Shown: piece after piece, positions 1-10,509 of the stretch | Layout: each line of letters starts with the position of its first letter | Numbering within the stretch: the stretch's first letter is position 1 | Source of the DNA: Flavobacteriales bacterium | Lineage (GTDB): Bacteria; Bacteroidota; Bacteroidia; CAIKAF01 | Direction of reading: 5' to 3' | NCBI GenBank assembly: GCA_018401695.1 | Contig: JAGYKD010000002.1 | Coordinates: 238,636 to 302,635 of the forward strand | DNA: 64,000 bases | The notes under the pieces: generated by a model | The model's database searches: none | What the model saw: the letters and a program-made list of their open reading frames with translations, nothing else | What the model was told of the DNA's origin: nothing | Made by a program: the position numbers and the translations under genes

Positions 1-1
1 G

Positions 2-190
2 CGCTATGCCGTGTCCATTGATGCAGAACTTATTGTAATTTCCTCACGTCCCGACGAGCGTAATATGGCTGGTCTGCTCTTTGGTAGGGTGGAAGAAGAA
101 GTAATCAACAACGAAGCCATGATTCCTGTTTTAGTGGTCAATCCTAAACAGGATGTGTCCCATCTAAGTATCGATATTTCTACTTGGTAA
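2..190 (+). CDS. 3' end of an upstream CDS (partial, product unknown)
   Basis: Open frame runs from the window edge to TAA at 188-190 (…RYAVSIDAELIVISSRPDE…STW*). It reads plausibly as protein and sits upstream of a lipid A gene. Confidence 0.35.
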   Translation, partial: RYAVSIDAELIVISSRPDERNMAGLLFGRVEEEVINNEAMIPVLVVNPKQDVSHLSIDISTW

Positions 191-281
191 CTACATGTAA
201 GCAAAATGGTTAGGTCGGAATTTGAGTTAGCCTCGGTTCCGACTTTTTTATTTCCGTTTTTCTCAAGTCTTAGGCCTGTTT

Positions 282-1148
282 ATGCTGGTTCAAACCCTGT
301 CTTTAGTTGCTGTTAAGCTCCTGCTGTTTTTAGTGCAAGCTTTGGGCCGTCGGGGGTTACTTTTGCTCAAACCAGCTTTAGCATTTCTTCTTAGGCCATA
401 CAGAAAACAGGTCATCCAAATAAACCTTCAAAGGTGCTTTCCTGAAAAATCAAGGAAGGAAATTAAAACCCTTCACCAAAAATACTTAAACTACCTCACC
501 GATGTGATTCTTCAAAGTTTGTTGGGTTTTGCAAGCTCAAAATCTACCTTGGCCTACTGGCAAAGTTTTGCCCCCCATAATTTGCTCGACCAAATGGCAA
601 CCAACAAAACCAACTGTTTTGTGGTGATGGGGCATACCTCCAATTGGGAATGGGCAGGGCTCCGGGCCGGTATGCAACAAGGCCTGCACATGGCCGCAGT
701 ATACAAGCCTCAATCCAACACAAAAATCGATCGTTTTTTAAAAAAGACGCGCCGACGTTTTGGGACAGAAATGGTTGCCATGTCTGAAGTGCCACGCTTT
801 TTGTCAAAACAAGAAAGCCCCTGGTGCCTAACCTTTATTGCCGACCAAAACCCACCCAAAGAAACAGCCCACTGGGTAGATTTTTTTGGCATAAAAACGG
901 CCTTTTTTTCCGGTTGGAGTCGCTTGGCCCTGCGAAAAAATATTCCGGTACTGCTGGCCGTTCCAAAAGATTTGGATTCCTGGAATAGGTGTATGGATTT
1001 TTCCATACTCTACAATGGAACAGAGGAGCTAAGTTCCGAAGAGCTTACCGCCCGATTTGCCCAAGCCCTCGAAGCCCAAATTCGAAATAAACCCGAGGCA
1101 TGGTTGTGGTCACACAAACGCTGGAAACACGGGTATATGCCTAAATAA
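282..1148 (+). CDS. lipid A biosynthesis acyltransferase (LpxL/HtrB family)
   Basis: 288 aa with an N-terminal TM segment. HTSNWEW motif and the WLWSHKRWK C-terminus are typical of lauroyl/myristoyl-Kdo2-lipid IVA acyltransferases. Confidence 0.7.
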   Translation: MLVQTLSLVAVKLLLFLVQALGRRGLLLLKPALAFLLRPYRKQVIQINLQRCFPEKSRKEIKTLHQKYLNYLTDVILQSLLGFASSKSTLAYWQSFAPHNLLDQMATNKTNCFVVMGHTSNWEWAGLRAGMQQGLHMAAVYKPQSNTKIDRFLKKTRRRFGTEMVAMSEVPRFLSKQESPWCLTFIADQNPPKETAHWVDFFGIKTAFFSGWSRLALRKNIPVLLAVPKDLDSWNRCMDFSILYNGTEELSSEELTARFAQALEAQIRNKPEAWLWSHKRWKHGYMPK

Positions 1149-1244
1149 CCCACTATGTAATGGTATTTCGTTAAGGAATGGTTAAAATCGAAGTGGCAAA
1201 GCCTTCGATTACTTAATTTAGTGTGTTCATTAAAACAATAGCAT

Positions 1245-2738
1245 ATGTGGCCAGGATACTTACGTTGGATTATTGTTTTCCTTATTTCGTTTCAATCGCT
1301 TAAGGCTCAATCCCAGGAAACGTTTCCCGAATATTCTTTTAGCTTCAAGGTTAAAGGTTTAAAAGATACGGTGGCCTACCTCGGTTTCCATATGGGTGAG
1401 CAAAAATACGTTAGAGATACCGCAAGGGTCAACAGCAAAGGCGAAGTAACCTTTACCCACCTCACCCGAAAAGGTGCGCCCGATATTTTAAAAGGGGGTA
1501 TTTACTTATTGGTCCTACCCAATATGCAATGGTTTGAATTTGTGGTGGCTGAACCTAAATTTACCATTGAAACAGATACCCTAAACTTTGTTCAAAATGC
1601 CCAAATCAAAGGGTCTCTAGAAAACCAGCTATGGTTCGATTACCTCCGCTTTGTGAGTTCCATGCAAGAAGAGGTACAAAAACTTCGCGCCGAACAAGAA
1701 GCATTAGAGCCCGAATCCCCACGTTATAAGGCCATCAGTAAGGAATTGGAAGCGAAAACCAAAGGCCTTAAAGAGTATCGTGCTAAAGTTCGGTCAGAAC
1801 ATCCCAATACCTTTATGACCACCTTGTTCAATGCCATGGAGGATGTGGAGCTTCCTAAGGATCTGGATACTGCCGACCGTAAAGCCGCCTATTGGTACAT
1901 GAGGAATCATTTTTTCGATCCTTTTGACCTTCAAGACATGCGCCTGCTTAGAACTCCTATTTTCGAACCCAAATTGGTTACCTATTTTGAAAAAGTCGTT
2001 CCCCAACAACCCGACTCTGTTTTGGCAGAAGCCCGCAAGCTGATTAAAATGGTAGAAGGCGACGAAGAAATGTTCAAGTTTGTAGTCCACAAACTTACCA
2101 GCATGTTTGAGCGAAGCCAGGTAATGTGCATGGACAAGGCCTTTGTAGGCATGGTGGAAACCTATTATAAAACAGGAAAGGCCACCTGGCTCGATGATAG
2201 TACGCTAGCGAAGGTTATTGATCGCTCCAACAAACTGGCACCGCTGCTTTGCGGAGAAAAAATCCCCAACATCATTCTTCCCGACACCGGCATGACGGTA
2301 TGGCATAATTTATATGCCCAAAATGCCGATTACACGGTGCTTTATTTTTGGGATGCTACTTGCGGCCACTGCAAAAAGGCCACCCCGAAATTGGGAGAAG
2401 TGTATACGGACTTTCTTAAACCCAATGGAATTCCTGTATTCAGCGTTGAAGGAGAGGTTGAAACCACCAAATGGAAGGATTTTATTAAAGAACACAACAT
2501 TCCTTTCATATCCGTATCCGATCACCCCATCATGCGCGATAAACCCGAAAATTTTGTGCCTTCCAAAACCACACTGGAAAGCATTAACTTTCGCAATGTT
2601 TTTGACCTAAAGGCCTATCCCGTAATTTATATTTTAGATAAGGACAAAAAGGTCATTGCCAAGCGTCTTGGAGTAGAACAAATCCAAGATTTTATTGAAA
2701 AACACCGCGCACAAGAAAAGAAGAAGCAGCAACCTTAA
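1245..2738 (+). CDS. TlpA-like thiol-disulfide oxidoreductase (thioredoxin fold with N-terminal Bacteroidetes domain), secreted
   Basis: Signal peptide and a WDATCGHCKK thioredoxin CxxC motif. 497 aa. Confidence 0.65.
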   Translation: MWPGYLRWIIVFLISFQSLKAQSQETFPEYSFSFKVKGLKDTVAYLGFHMGEQKYVRDTARVNSKGEVTFTHLTRKGAPDILKGGIYLLVLPNMQWFEFVVAEPKFTIETDTLNFVQNAQIKGSLENQLWFDYLRFVSSMQEEVQKLRAEQEALEPESPRYKAISKELEAKTKGLKEYRAKVRSEHPNTFMTTLFNAMEDVELPKDLDTADRKAAYWYMRNHFFDPFDLQDMRLLRTPIFEPKLVTYFEKVVPQQPDSVLAEARKLIKMVEGDEEMFKFVVHKLTSMFERSQVMCMDKAFVGMVETYYKTGKATWLDDSTLAKVIDRSNKLAPLLCGEKIPNIILPDTGMTVWHNLYAQNADYTVLYFWDATCGHCKKATPKLGEVYTDFLKPNGIPVFSVEGEVETTKWKDFIKEHNIPFISVSDHPIMRDKPENFVPSKTTLESINFRNVFDLKAYPVIYILDKDKKVIAKRLGVEQIQDFIEKHRAQEKKKQQP

Positions 2739-2784
2739 TTGAGTTGCTTTTTCAACCCTTATCCATAGAATTTTCACGACTTTT

Positions 2785-3696
2785 GTGGATATGAAGAGGG
2801 TTGGCATTATCGGAGCCTCCGGGCAAATAGGCACCTTGCTTTCCAAAGGTTTAGCATCCGAAAGAAAGGTGGACCTACTGCGGCTGTCTCGAAAACATGA
2901 AGCGGGTTTCCTTTGCTTTGACCCCTTTGAAGATTCCTGGGAAAAACTAGGAAAATTGGATGTGCTCATTAATGCGGCCGGTATTATTCAAGAAAGTAAG
3001 AATACCGACTTTTACCGCATCCATGTAGATTTGGTTCGAAAAATTATTGAAAACCGAAGCCTTTTGGGCAATCCGAGAATCGTTCACTTCTCCGCCCTTG
3101 GCGCCGAAGCAGGATCCCCTTCGGCCTTTTTAAAATCAAAAGCCCTCGGCGACGAAATAATGGAAAAGCAAAGCAATGTGTTGCTGTTAAGGCCTTCTAT
3201 TGTGTGTACTCCGGACACCCTTTTGGTGCAAAAACTCATTTTATTGTTGGACATTAGCCGCTATTTCTTCAATAGAGCCCTGCTCCCAACGGAGTTTCCC
3301 GACAAGCAAATTCAACCCGTTATGCCCTTCGATTTGTTGGCTGCGGTCTCCAAAGCTTGCTTTGAGCCCTTGCCTAACACAAAGGTTTTAGAAGTAGTAG
3401 GTCAAAATGCCTATTCTTTTCGGTACCTTATGGAGTTGGCCGCTCGGGTTAGAAACCAACGGCTAATTCCTATCGAAATTCCTAAAAACCTGGTAGGAGT
3501 AGTTACCAAAAACTTTATTTCGGTTTGGTTCCCCGGCTTGGTAAGTTACGACCAGTTTCAACTGCTATTCAAGGACAATACCGGAAATAAAGAAGCCTTG
3601 GAAGCTTGGTTGAGACATCCGGTGCAAGATACCAAGGACTTTTGGCAGGAAGCCTTTAAAAAGGAGCAAGAGGGAATTAACCCGGACGCTGAATAA
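2785..3696 (+). CDS. NAD(P)-binding NmrA-like/epimerase family protein (SDR superfamily)
   Basis: N-terminal VGIIGASGQIGTLL Rossmann motif. 303 aa. Confidence 0.55.
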   Translation: MDMKRVGIIGASGQIGTLLSKGLASERKVDLLRLSRKHEAGFLCFDPFEDSWEKLGKLDVLINAAGIIQESKNTDFYRIHVDLVRKIIENRSLLGNPRIVHFSALGAEAGSPSAFLKSKALGDEIMEKQSNVLLLRPSIVCTPDTLLVQKLILLLDISRYFFNRALLPTEFPDKQIQPVMPFDLLAAVSKACFEPLPNTKVLEVVGQNAYSFRYLMELAARVRNQRLIPIEIPKNLVGVVTKNFISVWFPGLVSYDQFQLLFKDNTGNKEALEAWLRHPVQDTKDFWQEAFKKEQEGINPDAE

Positions 3697-4390
3697 ACCG
3701 CAATTGATGGGTGTATTTCTTTTGGCCAATGTGGTAAATGCCCTGTTGGTCAAATTTGTCAATCCTTACTTCTCCTGAAGCATGCAATATTTCGGTGGGA
3801 CTCAACAGCAATCCCACATGGTTTATATGGCCTTCTTCATCTCCAAAAAAGGCCAAATCTCCCTCACTGGCATCCAACCACCATTGCACCACTGTGCCTT
3901 GCTCGGCTTGTTGGGAGGCGTCTCTTTTGAGTGGAACGCCTCGGGTTCGCCAAAGCAATTGCGTTAAGCCGGAACAGTCCACGCCCATCGGCGATTTGCC
4001 TCCCCAAAGGTAAGGGGCTCCTAACCATTCTTGGGCTAGTTCCACCCAAGGTTTAGGCTTATATTCTTTTTTATCTTGGCTAAGCCAAGCCCCAAAACTT
4101 AACCACCTGGGATGTCCTTCCGCAGGCTTGGGGAAGGACACGAAGGCCTGCTGAACTACAGATTTTACCTTCCAATCTTGGACAGAAACTTCATCTGCCG
4201 CCAAAACCATTTGGTTCGTCCTTATCCAAGCCGGATATCCATCCACTTGGCTTTCTACCAATGCCCATTCCCCCATATTTTCTAGGATAAGCAAAGGCTC
4301 TCCATAGTGCCATTGGGTGCTAAGCTCTGATTTGTGCGAAGCTTCAGCCCTTCCGGGCACCAAGGAAAGGGCAACGGTGGCCACTGCCAT
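3677..4390 (-). CDS. NlpC/P60 family cell-wall peptidase (SH3-like N domain)
   Basis: GAPYLWGGKSPMGVDCSGL catalytic Cys motif and a downstream His. Start chosen at the internal Met to avoid overlap with the thiolase. Confidence 0.65.
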   Translation of the reverse strand: MAVATVALSLVPGRAEASHKSELSTQWHYGEPLLILENMGEWALVESQVDGYPAWIRTNQMVLAADEVSVQDWKVKSVVQQAFVSFPKPAEGHPRWLSFGAWLSQDKKEYKPKPWVELAQEWLGAPYLWGGKSPMGVDCSGLTQLLWRTRGVPLKRDASQQAEQGTVVQWWLDASEGDLAFFGDEEGHINHVGLLLSPTEILHASGEVRIDKFDQQGIYHIGQKKYTHQLRFIQRPG

Positions 4391-4392
4391 AG

Positions 4393-5571
4393 TTAAACCT
4401 TTTCGATCACTAAGGCACTTGCCCCTCCTCCTCCATTGCAAAGGGAAGCTACGCCGTATTTCCCGTTTTCTTGATGGAGTACCGAAACCAAAGTAGCCGT
4501 AATCCGTGAACCGGAAGAGCCTAAGGGGTGTCCTAAGGAAACCCCACCACCATAAACATTTACCTTATTGGCATCTAGCCCCAACTTTTGATTGTTGGCT
4601 AGCGCAACAACTGCAAATGCTTCGTTGAGCTCGTAAAAATCGACCTGATCTTGTGTTATTCCGGCGCGCTCCAAAGCCTTGGGAACGGCAAGGCTAGGTG
4701 CAATGGTAAACCAACAAGGCTCCGTTGCGGCATCGGCATATCCAATGATTTTTGCCAAGGGTTTCAGGTCATGTTTTTCGACCGCCTCGGCACTTGCCAA
4801 AATCAAAGCAGAAGCTCCGTCATTCAAGGTAGAAGCATTCGCGGCTGTTACGGTCCCGTCTTTTTGAAAAACCGGCCTCAGGGATGGAATCTTATCAAAA
4901 TGCACGCTTTTGTATTCCTCGTCCTCAACAAAAGCAACAGGGTCTCCTTTGCGTTGAGGAATTTCTACAGGGTAAATTTCGCGAGCGAATTTACCATTCT
5001 GCCAAGCTTTTTCGGCCCTTTGGTACGATTCAATTGCATAAGCATCCTGGTCTTCCCTCGAAATATTCATTTCACGGGCACAGTGTTCTCCTGCATTGCC
5101 CATGTGGTAGTCGTTATATACATCCCACAAACCGTCTTTTACCAAACCATCAAGTACTTGCCCGTGACCAAGCTTTTGACCAAAACGGTTGTTGGTAAGA
5201 TAATAGGGTACTTGAGACATGTTTTCCATACCTCCGGCAACCACTAAATCGTTTTGTCCAAGCATAATGGACTGAGCACCCAGCATGATTGCTTTCATTC
5301 CGGAGGCACAGACCTTGTTTACCGTGGTACAGGGCACCGTATCGGGGATTCCTGCTCCAATAGAAGCTTGGCGAGCGGGAGCCTGTCCCAATCCTGCCGA
5401 CAATACATTGCCCATATACACTTCTTGAATAGCCTCAGGACTTAAGCCCGACTCTTTTAGTGCACCTTGAATGGCAAAACTGCCTAGTTTGGTAGCACTT
5501 AGGTCTTTTAGGCTTCCTCCAAAACTTCCCATGGCCGTGCGCCCTGCCGCTACTATATATACTTCTTTCAT
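4393..5571 (-). CDS. acetyl-CoA C-acetyltransferase (thiolase II)
   Basis: MKEVYIVAAGRTAMGSFGGSL N-terminus, a CxS active site and the C-terminal NGGGGASA thiolase signature. Confidence 0.85.
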   Translation of the reverse strand: MKEVYIVAAGRTAMGSFGGSLKDLSATKLGSFAIQGALKESGLSPEAIQEVYMGNVLSAGLGQAPARQASIGAGIPDTVPCTTVNKVCASGMKAIMLGAQSIMLGQNDLVVAGGMENMSQVPYYLTNNRFGQKLGHGQVLDGLVKDGLWDVYNDYHMGNAGEHCAREMNISREDQDAYAIESYQRAEKAWQNGKFAREIYPVEIPQRKGDPVAFVEDEEYKSVHFDKIPSLRPVFQKDGTVTAANASTLNDGASALILASAEAVEKHDLKPLAKIIGYADAATEPCWFTIAPSLAVPKALERAGITQDQVDFYELNEAFAVVALANNQKLGLDANKVNVYGGGVSLGHPLGSSGSRITATLVSVLHQENGKYGVASLCNGGGGASALVIEKV

Positions 5572-5720
5572 AATTAATGCGCGTTAGATTTGATGCGAAA
5601 ATAGGAATTTATAGACCGATTATTGGGCTTTGTTGCTATAATTTAGAGTCGAGGCCTGGTGTTGGCCGGTAGGGTTGGGGACAAGAGCCCGACCTCAATG
5701 TTCTTGCTTACATTTGATCT

Positions 5721-7742
5721 ATGCACTGGTTTAAACGTTTCATAAAACCTTGGATGTTGTTTCTAGTCGCAGCATTGGCCATTACGCTTCTGTTGCCCAA
5801 CCAGGTTTTTTTCCAATACGAGTATCAAGTGGGGCGCCCTTGGATGCATCAAAAACTCGATGCGCCCTTTGATTTTGCTATTCAAAAGACCAAAAGGGAA
5901 CAGAACCAACAAAGAGAAGCACTTAAAAAAGCCCAATGGGTGGTTTTACGTGTGGACAGTGCTGCCGAAAAACGCGTCAAAGAGGCCTGGCAAGCGGTAT
6001 TGTTGAATTACGCGGCACAGCTTTCTGAAGTTCAAAGGGAAGCATTGCAAATGGGAGCCGACAGTCTGTTTGAACGAGGCATTCATGCCCAATCGCAAAC
6101 GCAATTTCCGGTCGAAGTGGTCCATGTATTGTTCCCGAATCAGGAGCTTCGTACCCGATTAAAAGAACGCATGGTATCTCTTTCCGAAGCTGCCGAATGG
6201 CCCGGAAAGTGGCCTTCTACTCTTGACAGCATGGTTCTATTGGACCTAAAGCAGGCTTGGCAACAAAGTCTAGAGCCCAATTTGTATCCGGATATTTCTT
6301 GGAGCGAGCGACTTAAAGAGCGGACCTTGGATGCTCTTCCCGGATTCCGTGGCCTAATTCTGGAAGGAGAACTGGTGATTGACCAAGGCGAAATGGTGAC
6401 TCCCGAACGTTTTCGAGTGCTCAATAGTTTGAGGTCCGCCTATCAAGAAAGGGAAGCCACAGCCCTGCAGCGGCTTGGAACCTTTGCCGGGCAATGCTTG
6501 TTTGTCTCCATTTGGGTAGCCTTTCTTTTTGCCTACTTTAAGGTTTTTAGAAAGCTTTGGTTAAGACAGCCCAGACGCATTGGGGCGCTGCTTGCTTTGC
6601 TTTGTTTTCATGTAGCTTTGGCTCGCTTGGCCATTGAAACTCCCGGTGGCCATATTTATATGGCTCCGGCCATTATGTTTCCGATTCTTGTTCGGGCCTT
6701 GTTTGATAGCCGGACGGCCATTTTTTCCTTGTTTACCTTTGTGCTGATTTGCGGTTATTTTGCCCCCAACAGCTTTGAGTACGTCCTGCTTCAATTTGCC
6801 GGTGGGTTAATTGCTGTTTTTTCTTTCCGTAAATTCAGAAAACGGGCCCAACTCTTTTCCATTATTGGTATGTTGTTGGTGGTGTGGTCTTTTTTAAACC
6901 TTACCCTTCATTTGTTGCGTACCGGTACTTTGCTGGGGCTGGATTGGTATCCTTTTCTTTGTTTTGGCATCTCCGGGGTGGCCACCTTGTTCACCTTTGC
7001 CTTGGTATTCATTACCGAAAAGCTCTTTGGTTTCCATAGCGACTTCACCCTATTGGAATTGTCGGATATGAACAATCCCCTGCTCAAGAAATTATCCCAA
7101 AAAGCCCCGGGTACCTTTCAGCACAGCATTCAAGTGGCCAATTTGGCCGAAGCCGCCGCCGAAAAAACAGGGGGCAACAGCCTATTGGTCCATACCGCCG
7201 CCTTATACCACGATATCGGAAAGCTCAAACAACCCGGCTTTTTTATCGAAAACATGATGGGCGAACGCTCTCCTCACGAAGTTTTAAGTTTTGAGCAAAG
7301 CGCAGAAATCATCATTCAACATGTAGAAGAAGGGGTGGCATTAGCTAAAAAACACAAACTTCCCGAAGTGTTGATCGATTTTATTCGAACCCACCACGGG
7401 ACCTCCACCGTGCAGTACTTTTACCGAAACTACTTGAAAGCTTTTCCGGAAGACAAGGAAGTTCGTGCACGTTTTTCTTACCCCGGCCCCAAACCTTACA
7501 GCAAGGAAACCGGCATATTAATGATGGCAGATTCGGTAGAGGCTGCCTCAAGAAGCTTAAAAGAAAAAACGCCCGAAGCCCTGGAGCAGTTGGTCGACAA
7601 GGTACTGGACCACCAACTCCGGGAAGGACAATTGGATCATTGCGACTTAACCTTAGCCGAAATACGAATCATTCGCAAAGTGTTTAAGGAAAAGCTAATG
7701 AATATGTACCATCAACGCATCGAATATCCGGAGCATTCCTGA
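5721..7742 (+). CDS. 7TM receptor with intracellular HD hydrolase domain (HDIG phosphohydrolase, YqfF-like)
   Basis: Multiple TM helices followed by an HD motif (LLVHTAALYHDIGK). Confidence 0.75.
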   Translation: MHWFKRFIKPWMLFLVAALAITLLLPNQVFFQYEYQVGRPWMHQKLDAPFDFAIQKTKREQNQQREALKKAQWVVLRVDSAAEKRVKEAWQAVLLNYAAQLSEVQREALQMGADSLFERGIHAQSQTQFPVEVVHVLFPNQELRTRLKERMVSLSEAAEWPGKWPSTLDSMVLLDLKQAWQQSLEPNLYPDISWSERLKERTLDALPGFRGLILEGELVIDQGEMVTPERFRVLNSLRSAYQEREATALQRLGTFAGQCLFVSIWVAFLFAYFKVFRKLWLRQPRRIGALLALLCFHVALARLAIETPGGHIYMAPAIMFPILVRALFDSRTAIFSLFTFVLICGYFAPNSFEYVLLQFAGGLIAVFSFRKFRKRAQLFSIIGMLLVVWSFLNLTLHLLRTGTLLGLDWYPFLCFGISGVATLFTFALVFITEKLFGFHSDFTLLELSDMNNPLLKKLSQKAPGTFQHSIQVANLAEAAAEKTGGNSLLVHTAALYHDIGKLKQPGFFIENMMGERSPHEVLSFEQSAEIIIQHVEEGVALAKKHKLPEVLIDFIRTHHGTSTVQYFYRNYLKAFPEDKEVRARFSYPGPKPYSKETGILMMADSVEAASRSLKEKTPEALEQLVDKVLDHQLREGQLDHCDLTLAEIRIIRKVFKEKLMNMYHQRIEYPEHS

Positions 7743-7759
7743 AACTATTCAGAAGCCCT

Positions 7760-8644
7760 TTATTTTTTGCTTTTGTTGCGGATTAGCGCTTCCACCGCAT
7801 CCCACATTTCCGGAGGAATCATATCCCCTACCCAAGAGAATTCCCCTCCGTTTTTCATCCATTCGCCCCCATCAATGGTAATTACTTCTCCATTTATATA
7901 GGCCGAAAAATCGCTCATCAAATAAGCCGCTAAATTGGCAAGCTCTTGGTGATGCCCCACTCTGCCTATCGGAATCTTTGAGGGAATATCCATTTGATCC
8001 ATGAATTCTTTTGGGAAAAGTCTGTCCCAAGCTCCCGGAGTGGGAAATGGCCCCGGAGCTATGGCATTGCTTCGGATGCCATATTTGGCCCATTCCACGG
8101 CCAAAGAACGTGTGAGCGCCAATACCCCCGCTTTTCCACAAGCAGAAGGAACAACATAGGCCGAACCGGTCCAAGCATAGGTGGTAACAATATTGAGCAC
8201 GCTGGCCGTAATTTTTTGTTCTATCCAATATTTGCCTAGGGCCAAGGTGCAATTGTAGGCGCCTTTCAATACAATATCTACCACTGAATCAAAGGCTCTG
8301 TGGCTCAATCGCTCGGTGGGGCTTAAAAAATTTCCCGCAGCATTATTCACCAGCCCGTCTATTTTGCCCAAGGACTCAACGCCATAAGCGATTAACTCTT
8401 CTACCTGCTCGTAGTTTCGTATGTCGCAGCTCTTGTACACTATAGTTCCTCCGGTGCGCTCATGCAACTCTTTGGCGGTGGTTTCCAAAACCTCTGTGCG
8501 TCTGCCACAAATGACCACATCGGCTCCTAGGGCTAAAAAATAAGCGGCCATGGATTTGCCAAGTCCGGTTCCTCCCCCCGTAATTAAGATGGATCTGCCT
8601 TCCAGGCTATCGCTCGGAAGCATGGGTTTTTGGTAATTTTCCAT
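7760..8644 (-). CDS. SDR family oxidoreductase (2,4-dienoyl-CoA / trans-2-enoyl-CoA reductase-like)
   Basis: ITGGGTGLGKSMA glycine-rich motif and NNAAG. Start trimmed to an internal Met to remove the overlap with ctpA. Confidence 0.65.
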   Translation of the reverse strand: MENYQKPMLPSDSLEGRSILITGGGTGLGKSMAAYFLALGADVVICGRRTEVLETTAKELHERTGGTIVYKSCDIRNYEQVEELIAYGVESLGKIDGLVNNAAGNFLSPTERLSHRAFDSVVDIVLKGAYNCTLALGKYWIEQKITASVLNIVTTYAWTGSAYVVPSACGKAGVLALTRSLAVEWAKYGIRSNAIAPGPFPTPGAWDRLFPKEFMDQMDIPSKIPIGRVGHHQELANLAAYLMSDFSAYINGEVITIDGGEWMKNGGEFSWVGDMIPPEMWDAVEALIRNKSKK

Positions 8645-8649
8645 GGGAA

Positions 8650-10248
8650 TTAAGATTTTATGTTTGTGGGCCATGCACCTTGCAATAGGTCTATGGCCTT
8701 TTGTAACGATTCGTTTTGACCCTGCATGATCTCAAAGTAGGCATTTCTATCGAATAGCGCCTGGGCGGTCATGGCCTTGAGCACCGTTTTAAGCCATGCC
8801 TTGCTCTTGGCTAAATCCTCCACGGGGATGTTAATTTCCTTTTCTTTGGCTGCTTTCAGCACGCTTTGCAGCAATTCCTCGGCATCGAAACCCTCCTTAA
8901 AATCCGTCAAATTTGGGTAGCTGTTTTTGAGCTTAGTCCGGTTTTTGTCTATATATTCCATGGTGGTTTGGTAGCTCAAACCGGTGCCGTTTACCCGGTT
9001 TAGAAAAGGACTAAAAAAAGAAGTGTCCAGCGGAACAAATACATCGGGCAGTATGCCGCCGCCGCCGTATACTTTTCTGCCGGCATTCGTTTTGAAAGTT
9101 AAGCTGTCCGGAAAATGAATCATGGCCGAGTCCGTGAGCTCTCCTTCCTCAAAACGATGCGCCAAATCTTCGTAATAGGCATCCGTGCCTTTGTCGTAGG
9201 GTGACTGAATGAATCTTCCGGAAGGCGTATAATAGCGCGCAGTGGTTAGGCGAAGCGCACTCCCGTCCGGTAGGGGAAAGGTGTTCTGTACCAGGCCTTT
9301 GCCAAAACTTCTGCGGCCAACAACCACGCCACGATCCCAATCTTGAACGGCCCCAGCTACAATTTCTGAAGCAGAAGCGGATCCCTCATCAATCAATACC
9401 ACCAATTTGCCATGGTCTAAATTTCCTCTTACACTGGCCTTATAGTCTCGGCGCGCCGAGTGGATGCCTTCGGTATACACCACCAATTGTCCGGAAGTTA
9501 AAAATTCATCGGCCAAGGAAACCGCAGCTCCTAAATAGCCCCCGGAATTGCCTTGAAGATCCAGGATAAGGTTTTGGGCGCCTTGTTCTGTAAGACTTAT
9601 CCAGGCGTCCTCGAATTCCTTGGGGGTTTTCTCGCCAAAACGGTTGAGTTTTATATAGCCAATACCCGGCGCAGCCATATAAGAGGCATCTAAACTAAAT
9701 ACCGGAATTTCGTCGCGGGTAATATGAAAATCAATCAAATCCTTTTGGCCGGGGCGTTTTATACCTACGCGAACTATTGAGCCTTTTTTGCCTCTTAGCC
9801 ATTTAAACACATCGTTGTTGGTAATGCCGGTTCCGGCAACCACGGTGTCGTTTATGGTTACAATTTTGTCGCCGCTTCGAATGCCCAGCTTTTCTGAGGG
9901 GCCACCCGAAATGGGACTCACCACCATAATGGTATCGTTTAAGATATTGAATTGTATACCAATACCTTCGAAATTTCCGGAAAGCGCCTCTTCAGAAGCT
10001 TGCAGCTCTTTTAAGGACAAATAGTAGGAGTGAGGGTCTAGCTCTTTAAGCACCCCATTGAGCGCAGCCTCAATGAGCGGATCCGTTTCTACGGATTCTA
10101 CGTAGTAATTTTCCAGGTAAAAGAGCAGCGCATCCAGCTTCTCGGAGGGGTTGATCATGGGTTGCTGGGCGCGAAGGACTTGCCCGGAGAACAAGCCCCA
10201 AAAGGCCAATGCCGCCACGAAAGTTAGGGAACCTTGTATATGCTTCAT
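8650..10248 (-). CDS. ctpA: carboxyl-terminal processing protease (S41, PDZ domain)
   Basis: Signal peptide, a PDZ segment (GIGIQF…SGGPSEKLGIRSGDKIV) and the S41 motif LILDLQGNSGGYL. Confidence 0.8.
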   Translation of the reverse strand: MKHIQGSLTFVAALAFWGLFSGQVLRAQQPMINPSEKLDALLFYLENYYVESVETDPLIEAALNGVLKELDPHSYYLSLKELQASEEALSGNFEGIGIQFNILNDTIMVVSPISGGPSEKLGIRSGDKIVTINDTVVAGTGITNNDVFKWLRGKKGSIVRVGIKRPGQKDLIDFHITRDEIPVFSLDASYMAAPGIGYIKLNRFGEKTPKEFEDAWISLTEQGAQNLILDLQGNSGGYLGAAVSLADEFLTSGQLVVYTEGIHSARRDYKASVRGNLDHGKLVVLIDEGSASASEIVAGAVQDWDRGVVVGRRSFGKGLVQNTFPLPDGSALRLTTARYYTPSGRFIQSPYDKGTDAYYEDLAHRFEEGELTDSAMIHFPDSLTFKTNAGRKVYGGGGILPDVFVPLDTSFFSPFLNRVNGTGLSYQTTMEYIDKNRTKLKNSYPNLTDFKEGFDAEELLQSVLKAAKEKEINIPVEDLAKSKAWLKTVLKAMTAQALFDRNAYFEIMQGQNESLQKAIDLLQGAWPTNIKS

Positions 10249-10441
10249 ACACAAATATACCTGCCTGGTTTAATCCTCGGGCATTTGCTAAGGATTTTTA
10301 GTTTTTTTTGAGGTTCTTCGCCCGATTTTTTGTGCTATGCTTCGCCGGAAAAATCTTACCGGTATCGGTATGAAGCTTCGATTATTAACCTTGAGTGGAA
10401 AAATTGAACTTTCAAGATTTTCTTCTCCCTGAAATTGGCTT

Positions 10442-10509
10442 AAAATCTCTACATGAACTTTTTTAATTAACTGATAAACAGAATTCATTGTTTTTTAAAA
10501 TCTCTACAT
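10442..10509 (+). repeat. 68 bp paired-motif element (AAAATCTCTACAT x2, 55 bp apart), copy A
   Basis: Same motif pair with identical spacing and a similar spacer at 51596-51663. Confidence 0.6.
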
